A stretch of 64,000 bases of DNA from a virus. Its lineage: Duplodnaviria > Heunggongvirae > Uroviricota > Caudoviricetes. The notes beneath the pieces were generated by a model. The model saw only the letters and a program-made list of their open reading frames with translations. It searched no databases and had not been told where the DNA came from. Below, piece by piece: positions 8,865 to 18,525 of the stretch. Position 1 is the first letter of the stretch; every line of letters begins with the position of its first letter. Made by a program: the position numbers and the translations under genes. The stretch spans positions 132,588-196,587 of IMG/VR virus record IMGVR_UViG_3300020577_006835; one strand, 5' to 3'.

Positions 8865-9185
8865 TCAGTGCGTCTGGCCCCCGTGCGGCTTGCCCAGGAG
8901 GCTGACCAGCTCGGAGACGAAGGTCTCCCTGGACGCCTCCCAGACGTCGGCCTCGGCCGATGCGCTCGCGCCGGCAGTCTGCCACGCGTGCAGGACAGCG
9001 ACCTGGAACTCGTGGGTCAGGCCAGGGGTGTGCAGCAGCACGCCGGTCAGCTGCTCCGAGGTTTCGAGCCGCTTCTCGGTCAGCATCTGCTGGTCGGGGA
9101 CCTGTTCGAGCCTGATCGAGCCTTCCATGAGCCGGTTGTACAGCTCGTTGGCGATGGCTCGCAGCTCATCTTCACTCATGCTCAT
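8865..9185 (-). CDS. hypothetical protein, probably leaderless
   Basis: ATG 7 nt after -10 box. Confidence 0.65.
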   Translation of the reverse strand: MSMSEDELRAIANELYNRLMEGSIRLEQVPDQQMLTEKRLETSEQLTGVLLHTPGLTHEFQVAVLHAWQTAGASASAEADVWEASRETFVSELVSLLGKPHGGQTH

Positions 9186-9192
9186 GCGGAAT

Positions 9193-9222
9193 GTTTTAGC
9201 ACACGTCCGCAGCTCTTGACAA
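9193..9222 (-). promoter_or_regulatory. promoter TTGTCA-N18-TAAAAC
   Basis: Same GTGTGC-TAA context as other copies. Confidence 0.6.
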
Positions 9223-9229
9223 CGAGGTA

Positions 9230-10771
9230 GTGATGTCGGTTGACCTGAAGGACGTGTTGATCGAGCTGACCCTGCTGGAGGGTGCGGAGCAGGCTCTGGA
9301 GATCTTCCGGGCTGTCTTCGGCCCGCTGACCGAGGCTCGTGTGGGCAGGGCGAGGCAGGCCTTCGATCAGGGCGGCACGGCTGCCATCAGGAGCGGCATG
9401 GCTGCCCACCTGTGGCAGAAGGACCCTGGCTCGGCCATCTTCTACCCGAGGGCCGAGGTCAAGGACGCCGAGTCTCTGTCGCCCGAGATGCAGGGCAAGG
9501 TCTTCCTGAGCGATCTGAAGGCCGACCACCGGGCCATGTTCAGCAACCCGGACGAGGGTGGCTTCAAGGCGCCGAGCTACGCACCGCTCTCGTCCTACCT
9601 CAGGAAGCAGGTCGACCCGTCACGCAACGCGCCCACGGCCAGCGGCAGGGAGACCGACAGGCCGATGCCGCACGTGCACCCGGAGCACCAGGAGCTGATG
9701 CGCCAGGCGGCGATCCTGCACGGCGACTCGGCCAAGTGGTACCAGAAGCAGCACAGCATCGTGGGCTCGATCTTCAAGTCCGACGCCTACGACGACACGC
9801 ACATGATGCTAGGCTTCCTGGCCGCCACGTCACCGCGGACGCACCCACACCTGAACGCGGTCAAGGCGTTCCGTGCGTACAGGGACACGATCATGGGCAG
9901 GCCGCTGCCGCACACCGGTGCCGAGGTGCACAACATCGTGCGCGCTGCGCACGGCATTCCTCTCTCAGGCCCCAAGGTTCACAACTACGACAAGAACCTG
10001 AAGGGTGACCTGAGCGTCACGACGCACGACGTGCACGCCAAGGCGCTGGTCACGAACGACTTCAGCAGCTCGTTCCACCCCGAGTACCACCCGATGATCG
10101 GCCAGGCCATCAAGCAGACGGCCAAGCAGACCAACTACGAGCCCGGCGAGGCACAGGCAGCGCTCTGGGCGCACGACATCGCTCGCGTGCAGAACCACCC
10201 AGCCTTCCACGAGCGCGGCTCGATCTTCCGCGACATCTACAGCAAGGAGAAGGGTGGCCACCTGGACCCGACGGACGAGTTTCCGCACATCCAGGACTAC
10301 GAGCAGTACATCAGGCACAACGAGCCCGCTCTGCGCCGCATGAAGAAGGAGATGGACGACTACCGCCTGAACCACCCGGTCTACAGCAAGATGGCCGGCT
10401 CAGGGAAGCCGTTCCTCTTCGGCAAGGACATCTTCGGCGGCACCAGCCAGCAGGACTCGCACCCGGTCATGCGCTACGGGCAGGGCGCCAACGAGCCCAC
10501 TCGCTTCGACGCGATCGGAGCCGAGCACGTGGCCAAGGCTCTGCACAAGAGCGACGGCAGGGACCACCCGCTGGTCGACGTCAAGAGCCGCGACATCGCG
10601 CACCTGGACCCGGAGACGGGCTGGAACATGACGCCCAACGTCGGCGCCTTCTCGGACAAGCCGACCAGGCCGCGCAAGCTGGTCAAGCACGACTTCCTGG
10701 GCAAGACGTCGTCTGGTCGCAGGCCTGGCAAGCGCCAGGTCGTGGCCGGCTCGACGGAGACTCCATTTTGA
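9230..10771 (+). CDS. DUF7178-like (HhH-glycosylase-related) domain protein
   Basis: FLAATSPR..N, GPKVHNY..NL..VTTHDVHA, PGEAQAALW. Confidence 0.5.
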   Translation: MMSVDLKDVLIELTLLEGAEQALEIFRAVFGPLTEARVGRARQAFDQGGTAAIRSGMAAHLWQKDPGSAIFYPRAEVKDAESLSPEMQGKVFLSDLKADHRAMFSNPDEGGFKAPSYAPLSSYLRKQVDPSRNAPTASGRETDRPMPHVHPEHQELMRQAAILHGDSAKWYQKQHSIVGSIFKSDAYDDTHMMLGFLAATSPRTHPHLNAVKAFRAYRDTIMGRPLPHTGAEVHNIVRAAHGIPLSGPKVHNYDKNLKGDLSVTTHDVHAKALVTNDFSSSFHPEYHPMIGQAIKQTAKQTNYEPGEAQAALWAHDIARVQNHPAFHERGSIFRDIYSKEKGGHLDPTDEFPHIQDYEQYIRHNEPALRRMKKEMDDYRLNHPVYSKMAGSGKPFLFGKDIFGGTSQQDSHPVMRYGQGANEPTRFDAIGAEHVAKALHKSDGRDHPLVDVKSRDIAHLDPETGWNMTPNVGAFSDKPTRPRKLVKHDFLGKTSSGRRPGKRQVVAGSTETPF

Positions 10772-10774
10772 GGG

Positions 10775-11263
10775 CTAGGCTGAGCTTGAGTTGAGAGACG
10801 GGGGCAACTTGTGCCCGTGTGTCCTGTGGTGCTCCTGACAGAGCCAGTGAACATCGAGAGGCCTTGAGTAATCTTCATGGTGAGCTTCAACAGTAGTAGA
10901 GCCGCAGATCTCGCAAGGCTGCTTCACGAGCTTCCCGCGGCGCAGAGCGTTGCTCACCGCTCCCCAAGCTCTATATTTATCAGGCTCAAGGCGGCGCCGC
11001 TCAGCTTGGCGGCGCATCTCGTAGGCTCGCCACTCAGGGGTGCGGCGGCGTTGTTTGTTAGCTGCTCTGCGTTCTGGGTTCTGCCAGCGTGCGCGGTCGT
11101 AGGCTCGAACCTCCTCAAGCTTCGCGTTGCGGTGCTCAGTGACATCCTTCTTCGTACAGCTCTTGCACTTCCCGAGGTGGCCGTCAGCCATCTTGGGGTG
11201 CTTGTAGAACTCTGTCAGAGGTTTGACCGTCTGACACTTGAAACAGGGCTTGCCCTCACTCAT
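10775..11263 (-). CDS. HNH-like zinc-binding endonuclease
   Basis: CFKC..KPLTEFY..GKCKSC and CEICG..EAHHEDYSRPLDVHWLC..HH. Confidence 0.75.
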   Translation of the reverse strand: MSEGKPCFKCQTVKPLTEFYKHPKMADGHLGKCKSCTKKDVTEHRNAKLEEVRAYDRARWQNPERRAANKQRRRTPEWRAYEMRRQAERRRLEPDKYRAWGAVSNALRRGKLVKQPCEICGSTTVEAHHEDYSRPLDVHWLCQEHHRTHGHKLPPSLNSSSA

Positions 11264-11307
11264 GGGGCACACCCGTACACTCCTTTCTAATGGAACACCA
11301 GGTCACA

Positions 11308-11583
11308 GTGAGCAGGGCAGATCAGCTGATCAAGCAGGCCCTGACAGAGAAGGCGCTGGTCAGCACGAACAACCACTCTGCGCGCAGCTCCGTCAAGTCG
11401 CTCCGCGGCCGTCCGTCCAGAGGCAGGAGCAAGCCGAGCGACCTGCAGCTGTTCCACAGGTTCCAGAAGCCCAAGCCGCAGGCCCGCAAGCCGGACGAGG
11501 ACATCGAGGCGGCCGACGTGCACGGCAAGATCAAGTTCCGTGTGCTGACCAGGGCGCACCAGAAGGAGTTGTTCTCCAAGTGA
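11308..11583 (+). CDS. small basic leader-motif protein
   Basis: MSRADQLIKQALTE. Confidence 0.7.
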   Translation: MSRADQLIKQALTEKALVSTNNHSARSSVKSLRGRPSRGRSKPSDLQLFHRFQKPKPQARKPDEDIEAADVHGKIKFRVLTRAHQKELFSK

Positions 11584-12659
11584 GCAAGCGGCTGCAGAAG
11601 AAGATCCAGGCGCAGCTGACGCCGGATCTCTTGCATCGCAAGTACAGGCACCTGGCAGCGGAGCACCCGCACGCCGGGCACTGCTACGCCGCGACCGAGG
11701 CCTTGTACCACGCGCTCGGAGCCGAGGGCTCAGGGTGGCGCCCGGTCAACATTCAGTGGGAAGGTTCGCAGCACTGGTTTCTGCAGCACAAGAAGACCGG
11801 CAAGGTGCTCGACCCGACAGCCGGCCAGTTCTCCAAGCCCGTACCCTACGAGCACGGCAGAGCACGAGGTTTCTTGACCAAGCATCCCTCGAAGAGAGCG
11901 CAGGAGATCATGAAGCGAGCCAAGCTCAACGAGTCGAACTGGTTCGCACCCGACTTTGAGAAGGAGAAGGGTGAGTTCGAGCGCGTCTCCCGGGAAACAG
12001 GCATCCACATCGACAAGCTCAAAGGCGCCTTCGCCAAGGGCAAGCTGGCTCCACTCTCGCCAGACCACTTCGCCAGCCTGGAGAACACGGACGCCAACAC
12101 CGGCGAGTACAAGACCGTCGACTCGGTGCACCACATGGCGCAGAGCTACGGTGGCAAGGATTCGCACGGCATCCACCGCGGCTTGACGCAGGGTGAGCAC
12201 CTGCCAGCGCCGATCGTACTGCACAGGAAGGGCAAGAGCCCGACCCTGGTCGCAGGTAACACGAGGCTGACCATGGCCACGGTCATGAACCAGCCTGTGC
12301 ACGCGGTGCACATCAACGTCGACGAGTCCCGCGCAGACCAGCTGATCAAGCTGGTGCTGCACGAGGGTGTCGTGCTCTCCGGCGAGCCTGGCAGCAAGCG
12401 TCTGATGACCGTGGCCATGCAGTACGGCTACCAGGAGACCGGCGAGCCAGAGGTCACGAAGACGGCCGTCGTGCACAAGCTGATCGACCCGAAGACCGGC
12501 TACCAGCTGCAGGTGCGCCGACTGCTGCAGCGCGATCGCGGCCTCGATCTGGACCAGAACATCTGGCAGCACTCTCCGACCAACGATCTGGGCACAGACC
12601 CGGAACATCTCACACAGGTTCTGCGTCTGGCGACGCGCAACGCGAGGGCGATCGCATGA
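11580..12659 (+). CDS. three-module polyprotein: Cys-His-Asp domain, ParB-like domain, unknown domain
   Basis: GHCYAATE..HWFL..VLDPT; LNES; PAPIVL..VAGNTRL; DESRADQLIKLVLHE. Confidence 0.65.
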   Translation: MSKRLQKKIQAQLTPDLLHRKYRHLAAEHPHAGHCYAATEALYHALGAEGSGWRPVNIQWEGSQHWFLQHKKTGKVLDPTAGQFSKPVPYEHGRARGFLTKHPSKRAQEIMKRAKLNESNWFAPDFEKEKGEFERVSRETGIHIDKLKGAFAKGKLAPLSPDHFASLENTDANTGEYKTVDSVHHMAQSYGGKDSHGIHRGLTQGEHLPAPIVLHRKGKSPTLVAGNTRLTMATVMNQPVHAVHINVDESRADQLIKLVLHEGVVLSGEPGSKRLMTVAMQYGYQETGEPEVTKTAVVHKLIDPKTGYQLQVRRLLQRDRGLDLDQNIWQHSPTNDLGTDPEHLTQVLRLATRNARAIA

Positions 12660-13273
12660 GTACTAGACCGAGAAAGAGAGGCAAGGCTCTCACGGTGATT
12701 GGCGCGGTCGTCGACCACCTTCGCCAGCGATTTATGAAGAACGTCGTTGTTCAGACAGACGGCTGCTGGCGGTGGACTGGTCAGCTGCGGGACAACGGGT
12801 ACGGCAAGTTCTCGGTTGTGAATCGCACGCAGTCTGCGCACCGTGTGTCGTACGCCCTGTTTAAAGAGGACATCCCGGCAGACTTGCTAGTAAGACATAC
12901 TTGTCATCAGAAATTCTGCGTCAATCCAGATCACTTGATCCTGGGCACGCACTTGGACAACGCGCAGGATAGCTTGCTAGCGGGGCTGTATCTGCGAGGT
13001 GACGATCACCCGTGCAGGAAGAACCCTTCCGTCATGCCGCGTGGTGAGAGGCACCCACACTCAGTTTTGACTGAGAACTCGGTGCTGAGCATCAGAGAGC
13101 GCTACGCGGCCGGTGGGTGTACCATGCAAACCCTAGCTTCTGAGTACAGATGTAGCATTACAGCGATCTCGTGCATCACTTCCGGTAGAACCTGGCTACA
13201 TGTAGGCGGCCCCATCACAAAGCCTGGCCTTGGTGGTAACGGCAAAGGTCGCAAGATTAGGAGGGCAGCATGA
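12656..13273 (+). CDS. HNH homing endonuclease with C-terminal HTH
   Basis: GCWRWTG..GYG..AHRVSY..VRHTCH..CVNPDHLILGT..DN; RGERHPHSVLTE. Confidence 0.9.
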   Translation: MSTRPRKRGKALTVIGAVVDHLRQRFMKNVVVQTDGCWRWTGQLRDNGYGKFSVVNRTQSAHRVSYALFKEDIPADLLVRHTCHQKFCVNPDHLILGTHLDNAQDSLLAGLYLRGDDHPCRKNPSVMPRGERHPHSVLTENSVLSIRERYAAGGCTMQTLASEYRCSITAISCITSGRTWLHVGGPITKPGLGGNGKGRKIRRAA

Positions 13274-14433
13274 GCAAGCATCCGGTGATTGTCATTCCGG
13301 GGCTTCAAGGGTCCACGCTGCAAAATTCCTATCAGCTCCGACCAGCTCCTCTCTGGAACGCGTGGGACGCGCTGCAGAAGCAGTTCTTCGGCCTCGACTT
13401 CGAGTCCCTGGCCCTGGCCAAGGGTGACACGGACTACGCCGACCATGTGGTCTCGACACCGCACCAGACCGTAGCCCTGCCGTACGAGGCGCTGGTCGAC
13501 TCGCTGCGCAGCAGGCTCAAGGTGCCGGTCTACGCCTTCCGCTACGACTGGCGGTACAGCTGCGCCACGTCAGCCGAACAGCTGGCAGAGTTCATCGAGC
13601 ACCTGCAGCGCAAGCCGATGCGCTCGATCCCTGACTGGGACGGCAGGTTCGACATCGTCTGCCACAGCTTCGGCGGCCTGGTCCTCAGAGCCTACCTGCA
13701 GCGCGTGCGCGGCTTGACGCAGGACGACGTGAACCGTGTCGTCTTCCTGGCTGTGCCGCACTACGGCGCCATGGATGCGCTTGACGCTCTGGTCCGAGGC
13801 CAGGCGCCGATCTTCGGCGGCCGCAAGGAGCTGCGTAAGCTGACCAGGACCTTCCCCTCTGCCTACGAGCTGCTGCCACGCTTCCCTGGCGCGGTGACCG
13901 ACGAAGAGGGCAAGGAGATCGACATCTTCGACGTCGACGACTGGCAGCGCAACGTGGTGTACGTGCCCGACCCTGACGGTGCGCAGCAGTGGAAGGTGGA
14001 CCAGGCCATGCTCGACAAGGCCGAGGTCACGATGGAGGGCATGGCCGACGTGCTGAGCCAGGGCATGCTGACACCTGACCAGTGCCTGACCGTGGTCGGT
14101 CTCGACCCTGGCTCGACACCGGTCTCGATCAAGGTCAAGCGCAGCGGCGGCCCGGTCGAGAACTGGTTCGACTTCAGCAAGGTCATGTACGGCGTCGGTG
14201 ACGGCGTTGTGCCGCTGATCTCGTCGCACATCCCTGGCGTGGACTACGTGTGGATCTCGAACAGCGACGCCTCTGCGATCAGCTTCGCACGCCTGATCTC
14301 GCTGCACGCCTTCCTGCCCTGCATCGACGAGGTGCACGCCATCTGCGAGCGCTTCTTCAGCGGCATCTCCGGTCCTGGCCTGCTGCCGCTCGGCATGCAG
14401 CCTGGTCAGTTCATCAGCGGGAAGCTTCCGTGA
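13270..14433 (+). CDS. alpha/beta hydrolase, LCAT/PGAP1-like lipase or acyltransferase
   Basis: VIPGLQGS, YDWR, CHSFGG nucleophile elbow, VPHYGA, GDGVVP. Confidence 0.85.
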   Translation: MSKHPVIVIPGLQGSTLQNSYQLRPAPLWNAWDALQKQFFGLDFESLALAKGDTDYADHVVSTPHQTVALPYEALVDSLRSRLKVPVYAFRYDWRYSCATSAEQLAEFIEHLQRKPMRSIPDWDGRFDIVCHSFGGLVLRAYLQRVRGLTQDDVNRVVFLAVPHYGAMDALDALVRGQAPIFGGRKELRKLTRTFPSAYELLPRFPGAVTDEEGKEIDIFDVDDWQRNVVYVPDPDGAQQWKVDQAMLDKAEVTMEGMADVLSQGMLTPDQCLTVVGLDPGSTPVSIKVKRSGGPVENWFDFSKVMYGVGDGVVPLISSHIPGVDYVWISNSDASAISFARLISLHAFLPCIDEVHAICERFFSGISGPGLLPLGMQPGQFISGKLP

Positions 14434-15191
14434 GCGACGAAGCACCCTCACTGCGCATGAGCTGGCGCGGCCGCAAGCCAGCGGGCCGCAACTGGGGCGG
14501 CAGTCTGAAGCCGTTCAAGACCGAGACCGGTGTGACCGTGCGTACGGTGCAGGCAGGCGACGGCATCGCGCACAAGATCTACGACGGCAAGACCTACGTC
14601 GGTCACATCTCCGGCTTCCCGGACATCCGAGACAGCCTGCGAGTCTACAAGACCCAGGTCGAGGATGAGCACCGCGGTAAAGGGCACTGGCAGAGCGCGA
14701 TTCGCAAGCTGGCCGACATCTACCCGGGCGGCGTTCACCTGAACAAGTACGAGCTGAGCCATGCGGGCCACTCCGCTGCGCGCAAGGTCCCTGGTGTCGA
14801 GGAGACCGACGAGAAGTTCTTGATCAAGCCGAGGCCGAGGGAGAGCGCCGACCAGCTGATCCGGCAGAAGCTCGAAGAGGGTCGCAAACGCCAGTACTTC
14901 TTCCACGGCACGAAAGCCCGACTACGCCGTGGCGACCTTGTCATGCCAGCCTCCAAGGTCGAGGGCGGCAAGACGAACTACGACGCGACGGACAAGGACT
15001 ACGCCTACGCGATGACGCGCGCTGACCATGCGCTGGACTACGCCGAGGTGAGCCACCAAGAAGGCAAGCCGGTAGTTTACCGGGTTCGTTCCCTGGGGGA
15101 CCACGAGCCGGACCCGAGTGACGATAGCAGGGGTGAGTACGTCCGCTCGCGCACAGGGTTCCGAGTCATGGGCAAGGTGCGGAAGCCATGA
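14430..15191 (+). CDS. GNAT domain plus Arr-like ADP-ribosyltransferase domain
   Basis: VEDEHRGKG motif A; linker ESADQLIRQKLEE; FFHGTKA.L..GDL..P..NY..VYRV..E.DP. Confidence 0.7.
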   Translation: MSDEAPSLRMSWRGRKPAGRNWGGSLKPFKTETGVTVRTVQAGDGIAHKIYDGKTYVGHISGFPDIRDSLRVYKTQVEDEHRGKGHWQSAIRKLADIYPGGVHLNKYELSHAGHSAARKVPGVEETDEKFLIKPRPRESADQLIRQKLEEGRKRQYFFHGTKARLRRGDLVMPASKVEGGKTNYDATDKDYAYAMTRADHALDYAEVSHQEGKPVVYRVRSLGDHEPDPSDDSRGEYVRSRTGFRVMGKVRKP

Positions 15192-17254
15192 CGCGCGCCG
15201 ACCAGCTGATCCGTGCAGTGCTTGATGAGGCTTTTGCACACAGCACCAGTACCCCAAAGCGTTTGGACATGATCCTGACGTCCGGGGTGCTCAAGGGTCA
15301 GTTCAGCCACCATCACTGGGCGAAGCCAAGCGCATCAAGAGGTTCCAAGAAGATCGTCAGCTTCTCGGACAATCCGTACTACTCGCATCACGACAACGGT
15401 CCTGCGCTGCTGTTTCACAGACACGCTGTTGGCGACCAGGTGTACACCCCGATCAAGATCGACGACCACGACCACTACGACTGGGTCAAGAACAACCTGG
15501 ACAAGATCGACCCGTCACTGCACAGCGAGTACGGTGACCACGCCGACACCATGACCGCGATGCTGCACGCCGGCTGGATCAGGAAGGCCAACAGCGACAG
15601 CTACACGGTGGGCGAGGGGCACGAGCATCGTGTCCGGGCCTACCACCTGCGCACGCACCCGGAGGAGCGCGAGATCTACATCGACGTCAGGCACCGCAAC
15701 AAGAAGCGGTCGAGCTACAGGTACAACCTGGACACGAGGACCAAGGTGAAGCTCGGTGAGTCCGCCGACAGCCTGATCCAGCTCATGCTCCTGTTCGAAG
15801 ACTTCAACGTCAAGATCAAGGACCCGCACAAGCTCTACCTGAAGCACGACTACACGGAGCCGGACAGGTACGCGACGCCGGGCAACCCAGGCTTCCCGGA
15901 GCACGGCTACAACATCACCCACCCTGAGCACGGCCACATCGGCCTCATCGTGGGCGACGAGGAGCCGAACGGGAGGTTCAACATCCGGCGCGTCGTGTTG
16001 AGTGGGAAGTACGGTGGTCTCACTGATGCGAAGGGTGCGCTCGGTGTTCAGGGTGTCATGCAGGTGGGCCGTGAGCTGCGGAAGTTCGGCCACACGCACG
16101 TCTACTCGAACTCCAGGGTCAGCGGTGTGCGCTCGGAGCGTGGCAACCACGTCGTCCCTGACGTCAAGCTGCCCGAGAGCATCGACGAGATCACGAAACC
16201 TGCCAAGGTCAGCTTCAGCAAGATGGGTCCGTCACCGGAGATCCCCGACGAGATCCGCAACATGACCTTCTTCCACGGCGTGCACGACGGCGACCGCGGT
16301 GAGCAGATCCTGCGCAGCGGTAGGTTGGTGCCCAGTACCTACGGTGTCGGCAGCAGGTGGGACAAATCGCTGACACCGCGCGATGACAAGGTGTACTTGG
16401 CTCAGGACCGTGTCGGGGCAATCTCGTACATGCAGCACCAGTGGAACGAGCACACGCCGTGGTATCAAGGGGAACCCAAGTCGAAGTACAGTTATCTGTT
16501 TCAGGTGTCCGGCCACGACCTCAACCATGCCGAAGCTGACGAGGACGTCGTGCGTCAAGTCTACAAGCAGACGCATGCGTGGGACGCGGAGCCGGAGTAC
16601 CGTCACCTGATACACCCAAGCTCCGTCAACCACGAAGTTGCACATCAAGGTAGGGCTCTGATTTCTCCGGATGAGCACCAGGTGATGGTCACGCGTCTCA
16701 GGTTGAAGAGACTCGACCACATTGCAAAGAAGCTGGCCAACAAGCTTCCTGTCCATCTGCACCACGACCTGATCATCAAGAACGGCTCTTCGGTAGCGCA
16801 CGGTGGCCCCGTCAAGATCACTGGCGCATGGCGCGTGCACAAGGACAAGCTCGACCAGCTGAACCGCTACGACGACTCGAACTTCGACGACATCGCCGAG
16901 CCGGTGCACCACCTGATCGGCAAGCAGGAGTCGATCGACGAGAACACGATCCCGAAGGGTGAGTGCTTCAGCTGGGCCTTCAAGCGCATGCTCGACCACC
17001 ACGTCAAGGGTGAGCACGACGCGGTCCTCGTGCACGGCAGCGTCAAGCACCCGTGGACAGGCAAGAGGTACGAGCACGCCTGGGTCGAGCACAAGGGCAA
17101 GGTGTACGACTGGCAGAGCACGGCCATGGGTCTCGGCAAGCAGCACACCGTGGCCTCGTTCAAGGCCGGCTACGAGCCGAAGCAGATCAAGAGGTACAAC
17201 GGCAAGCAGGCCGTGCGCGCCTCGGCCCGCGCCAAGCACTACGGTCCTTGGTAG
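15188..17254 (+). CDS. multi-module polyprotein (ART-like + GWIR, GNAT-like, ART-like, transglutaminase-like)
   Basis: MTRADQLIRAVLDE; internal ESADSLIQLMLLFE and ESIDE x2. Confidence 0.7.
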   Translation: MTRADQLIRAVLDEAFAHSTSTPKRLDMILTSGVLKGQFSHHHWAKPSASRGSKKIVSFSDNPYYSHHDNGPALLFHRHAVGDQVYTPIKIDDHDHYDWVKNNLDKIDPSLHSEYGDHADTMTAMLHAGWIRKANSDSYTVGEGHEHRVRAYHLRTHPEEREIYIDVRHRNKKRSSYRYNLDTRTKVKLGESADSLIQLMLLFEDFNVKIKDPHKLYLKHDYTEPDRYATPGNPGFPEHGYNITHPEHGHIGLIVGDEEPNGRFNIRRVVLSGKYGGLTDAKGALGVQGVMQVGRELRKFGHTHVYSNSRVSGVRSERGNHVVPDVKLPESIDEITKPAKVSFSKMGPSPEIPDEIRNMTFFHGVHDGDRGEQILRSGRLVPSTYGVGSRWDKSLTPRDDKVYLAQDRVGAISYMQHQWNEHTPWYQGEPKSKYSYLFQVSGHDLNHAEADEDVVRQVYKQTHAWDAEPEYRHLIHPSSVNHEVAHQGRALISPDEHQVMVTRLRLKRLDHIAKKLANKLPVHLHHDLIIKNGSSVAHGGPVKITGAWRVHKDKLDQLNRYDDSNFDDIAEPVHHLIGKQESIDENTIPKGECFSWAFKRMLDHHVKGEHDAVLVHGSVKHPWTGKRYEHAWVEHKGKVYDWQSTAMGLGKQHTVASFKAGYEPKQIKRYNGKQAVRASARAKHYGPW

Positions 17255-17261
17255 AACCTTC

Positions 17262-17291
17262 TTGACAAACTGCCAGGTCTGGTGCTAACCA
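17262..17291 (+). promoter_or_regulatory. promoter TTGACA-N18-TAACCA, leaderless
   Basis: ATG 17298 lies 6 nt after -10. Confidence 0.65.
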
Positions 17292-17297
17292 TACCGG

Positions 17298-17780
17298 ATG
17301 ATCATCTCCGCTAGGGCGCTCTCGTACCAGAACCTGAAGGCGGTCAGGGATCTGGTGCAGCATGACCCGCACGTCGTGGTCATCTCGATCCTCGACACCA
17401 GACCGACGTCCGCCTGCTACGACGCCCTCTTCGCGGAGGCCGACGGCCCGAAGGTGTACCGGTTCCGCTTCGACGACTACTCCGACCTGCCCGAGGACGA
17501 CGAGCTGCGTCTCAACGCCTTCGACTTCAAGCAGGCTGAGCGCATGTACCGGGCCATCGAGCGGGCACACCGTTCGCCGGACAGGATTCAGCTGATCGCC
17601 CAGTGCGGCGCAGGTGTCTCCCGCTCCGGAGCTGTAGTGGACTTCACGCAGCAGTATGCGAACTTGCCCTGGGCCGATTTCTCTGAGATGAACCGGCAGA
17701 TCAGACCAAACAAGCTGGTGCTGCGCACGTTGAAGGAAGTGTCCGGATTGATCCGGCAGCAGGAGGGTGCATGGAAGTGA
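17298..17780 (+). CDS. protein tyrosine/dual-specificity phosphatase-like protein
   Basis: CX5R P-loop QCGAGVSRS; FDD; RPN. Confidence 0.8.
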   Translation: MIISARALSYQNLKAVRDLVQHDPHVVVISILDTRPTSACYDALFAEADGPKVYRFRFDDYSDLPEDDELRLNAFDFKQAERMYRAIERAHRSPDRIQLIAQCGAGVSRSGAVVDFTQQYANLPWADFSEMNRQIRPNKLVLRTLKEVSGLIRQQEGAWK

Positions 17781-18271
17781 CGAGGGACGAGAGGCTGGTC
17801 GAGCGCGTGATGCAGGAGGTACGAGCAGAGGTCCGGCGGCACGCGGAACACCAGAAGTGGGCCGCGGGCGCCTTGCAGCGACTCCTGGTCGTCTTGGCCG
17901 AGATCGACACCAAGGAGCTGGTCGCCGAGCACAGGGAGAAGCACACTCCGCCGCCGGAGTTCGACCTCACGCTCTCCGACTACAAGCGCTGCGAGGAGAC
18001 CATCGACCACAAGCGCTGCCGCCTGCCCTACGGCCACGACAGCCACCGCGGCGACGGAATCCTGTGGATGCCCTCTGCCGATCGCTCCGAGGTCGAGCAG
18101 GCCCGCGAGGATGCCTTCCTGCACGGGCTCAGGCAGGGCTACGACAAGGGCTTCCTGGCTGCTCTCAGCCGGTTCCGCACCGCAACGGTGCAGGCCGCGA
18201 ACCATCTGCGCGACGCAGAGGATGCCAGGGAGCGCGAGACCAACGCCTTCATCAACCAGGAGAAGAGATGA
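17771..18271 (+). CDS. hypothetical protein
   Basis: Coupled ORF, GC3 bias. Confidence 0.65.
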   Translation: MEVTRDERLVERVMQEVRAEVRRHAEHQKWAAGALQRLLVVLAEIDTKELVAEHREKHTPPPEFDLTLSDYKRCEETIDHKRCRLPYGHDSHRGDGILWMPSADRSEVEQAREDAFLHGLRQGYDKGFLAALSRFRTATVQAANHLRDAEDARERETNAFINQEKR

Positions 18272-18525
18272 TCCAGCTCGACTTGAACGACGAGGACGAA
18301 TCCGAATCGGCGGCCGCAGCGCTCGTGGCCGGCTTGCTGTTCGGCTTCATGTCCGACCCGACCACGCCGCCCAGCCTGAAGATGATCTGCCACAGGCAGG
18401 GCCACACCGAGGAGCATGCCGAGCGCATCCTGGCCACGCTGCGCAGGGTCGAGGCCTACTTCAACCGCGTGGCCGATCTCGATCTGCAGGTCGAGCCGGT
18501 TCCGGAGACGGACACTCTCCAGTGA
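18268..18525 (+). CDS. hypothetical protein
   Basis: ATGA overlap, MIQLDLND. Confidence 0.65.
   Translation: MIQLDLNDEDESESAAAALVAGLLFGFMSDPTTPPSLKMICHRQGHTEEHAERILATLRRVEAYFNRVADLDLQVEPVPETDTLQ

Noticed and set aside
16232-17239. Long antisense ORFs (also 2023-3456, 41154-42530, 59244-60221 and many others in the ORF track)
   Set aside because: These are shadow frames of GC3-biased + strand genes, with no RBS or recognisable motifs.
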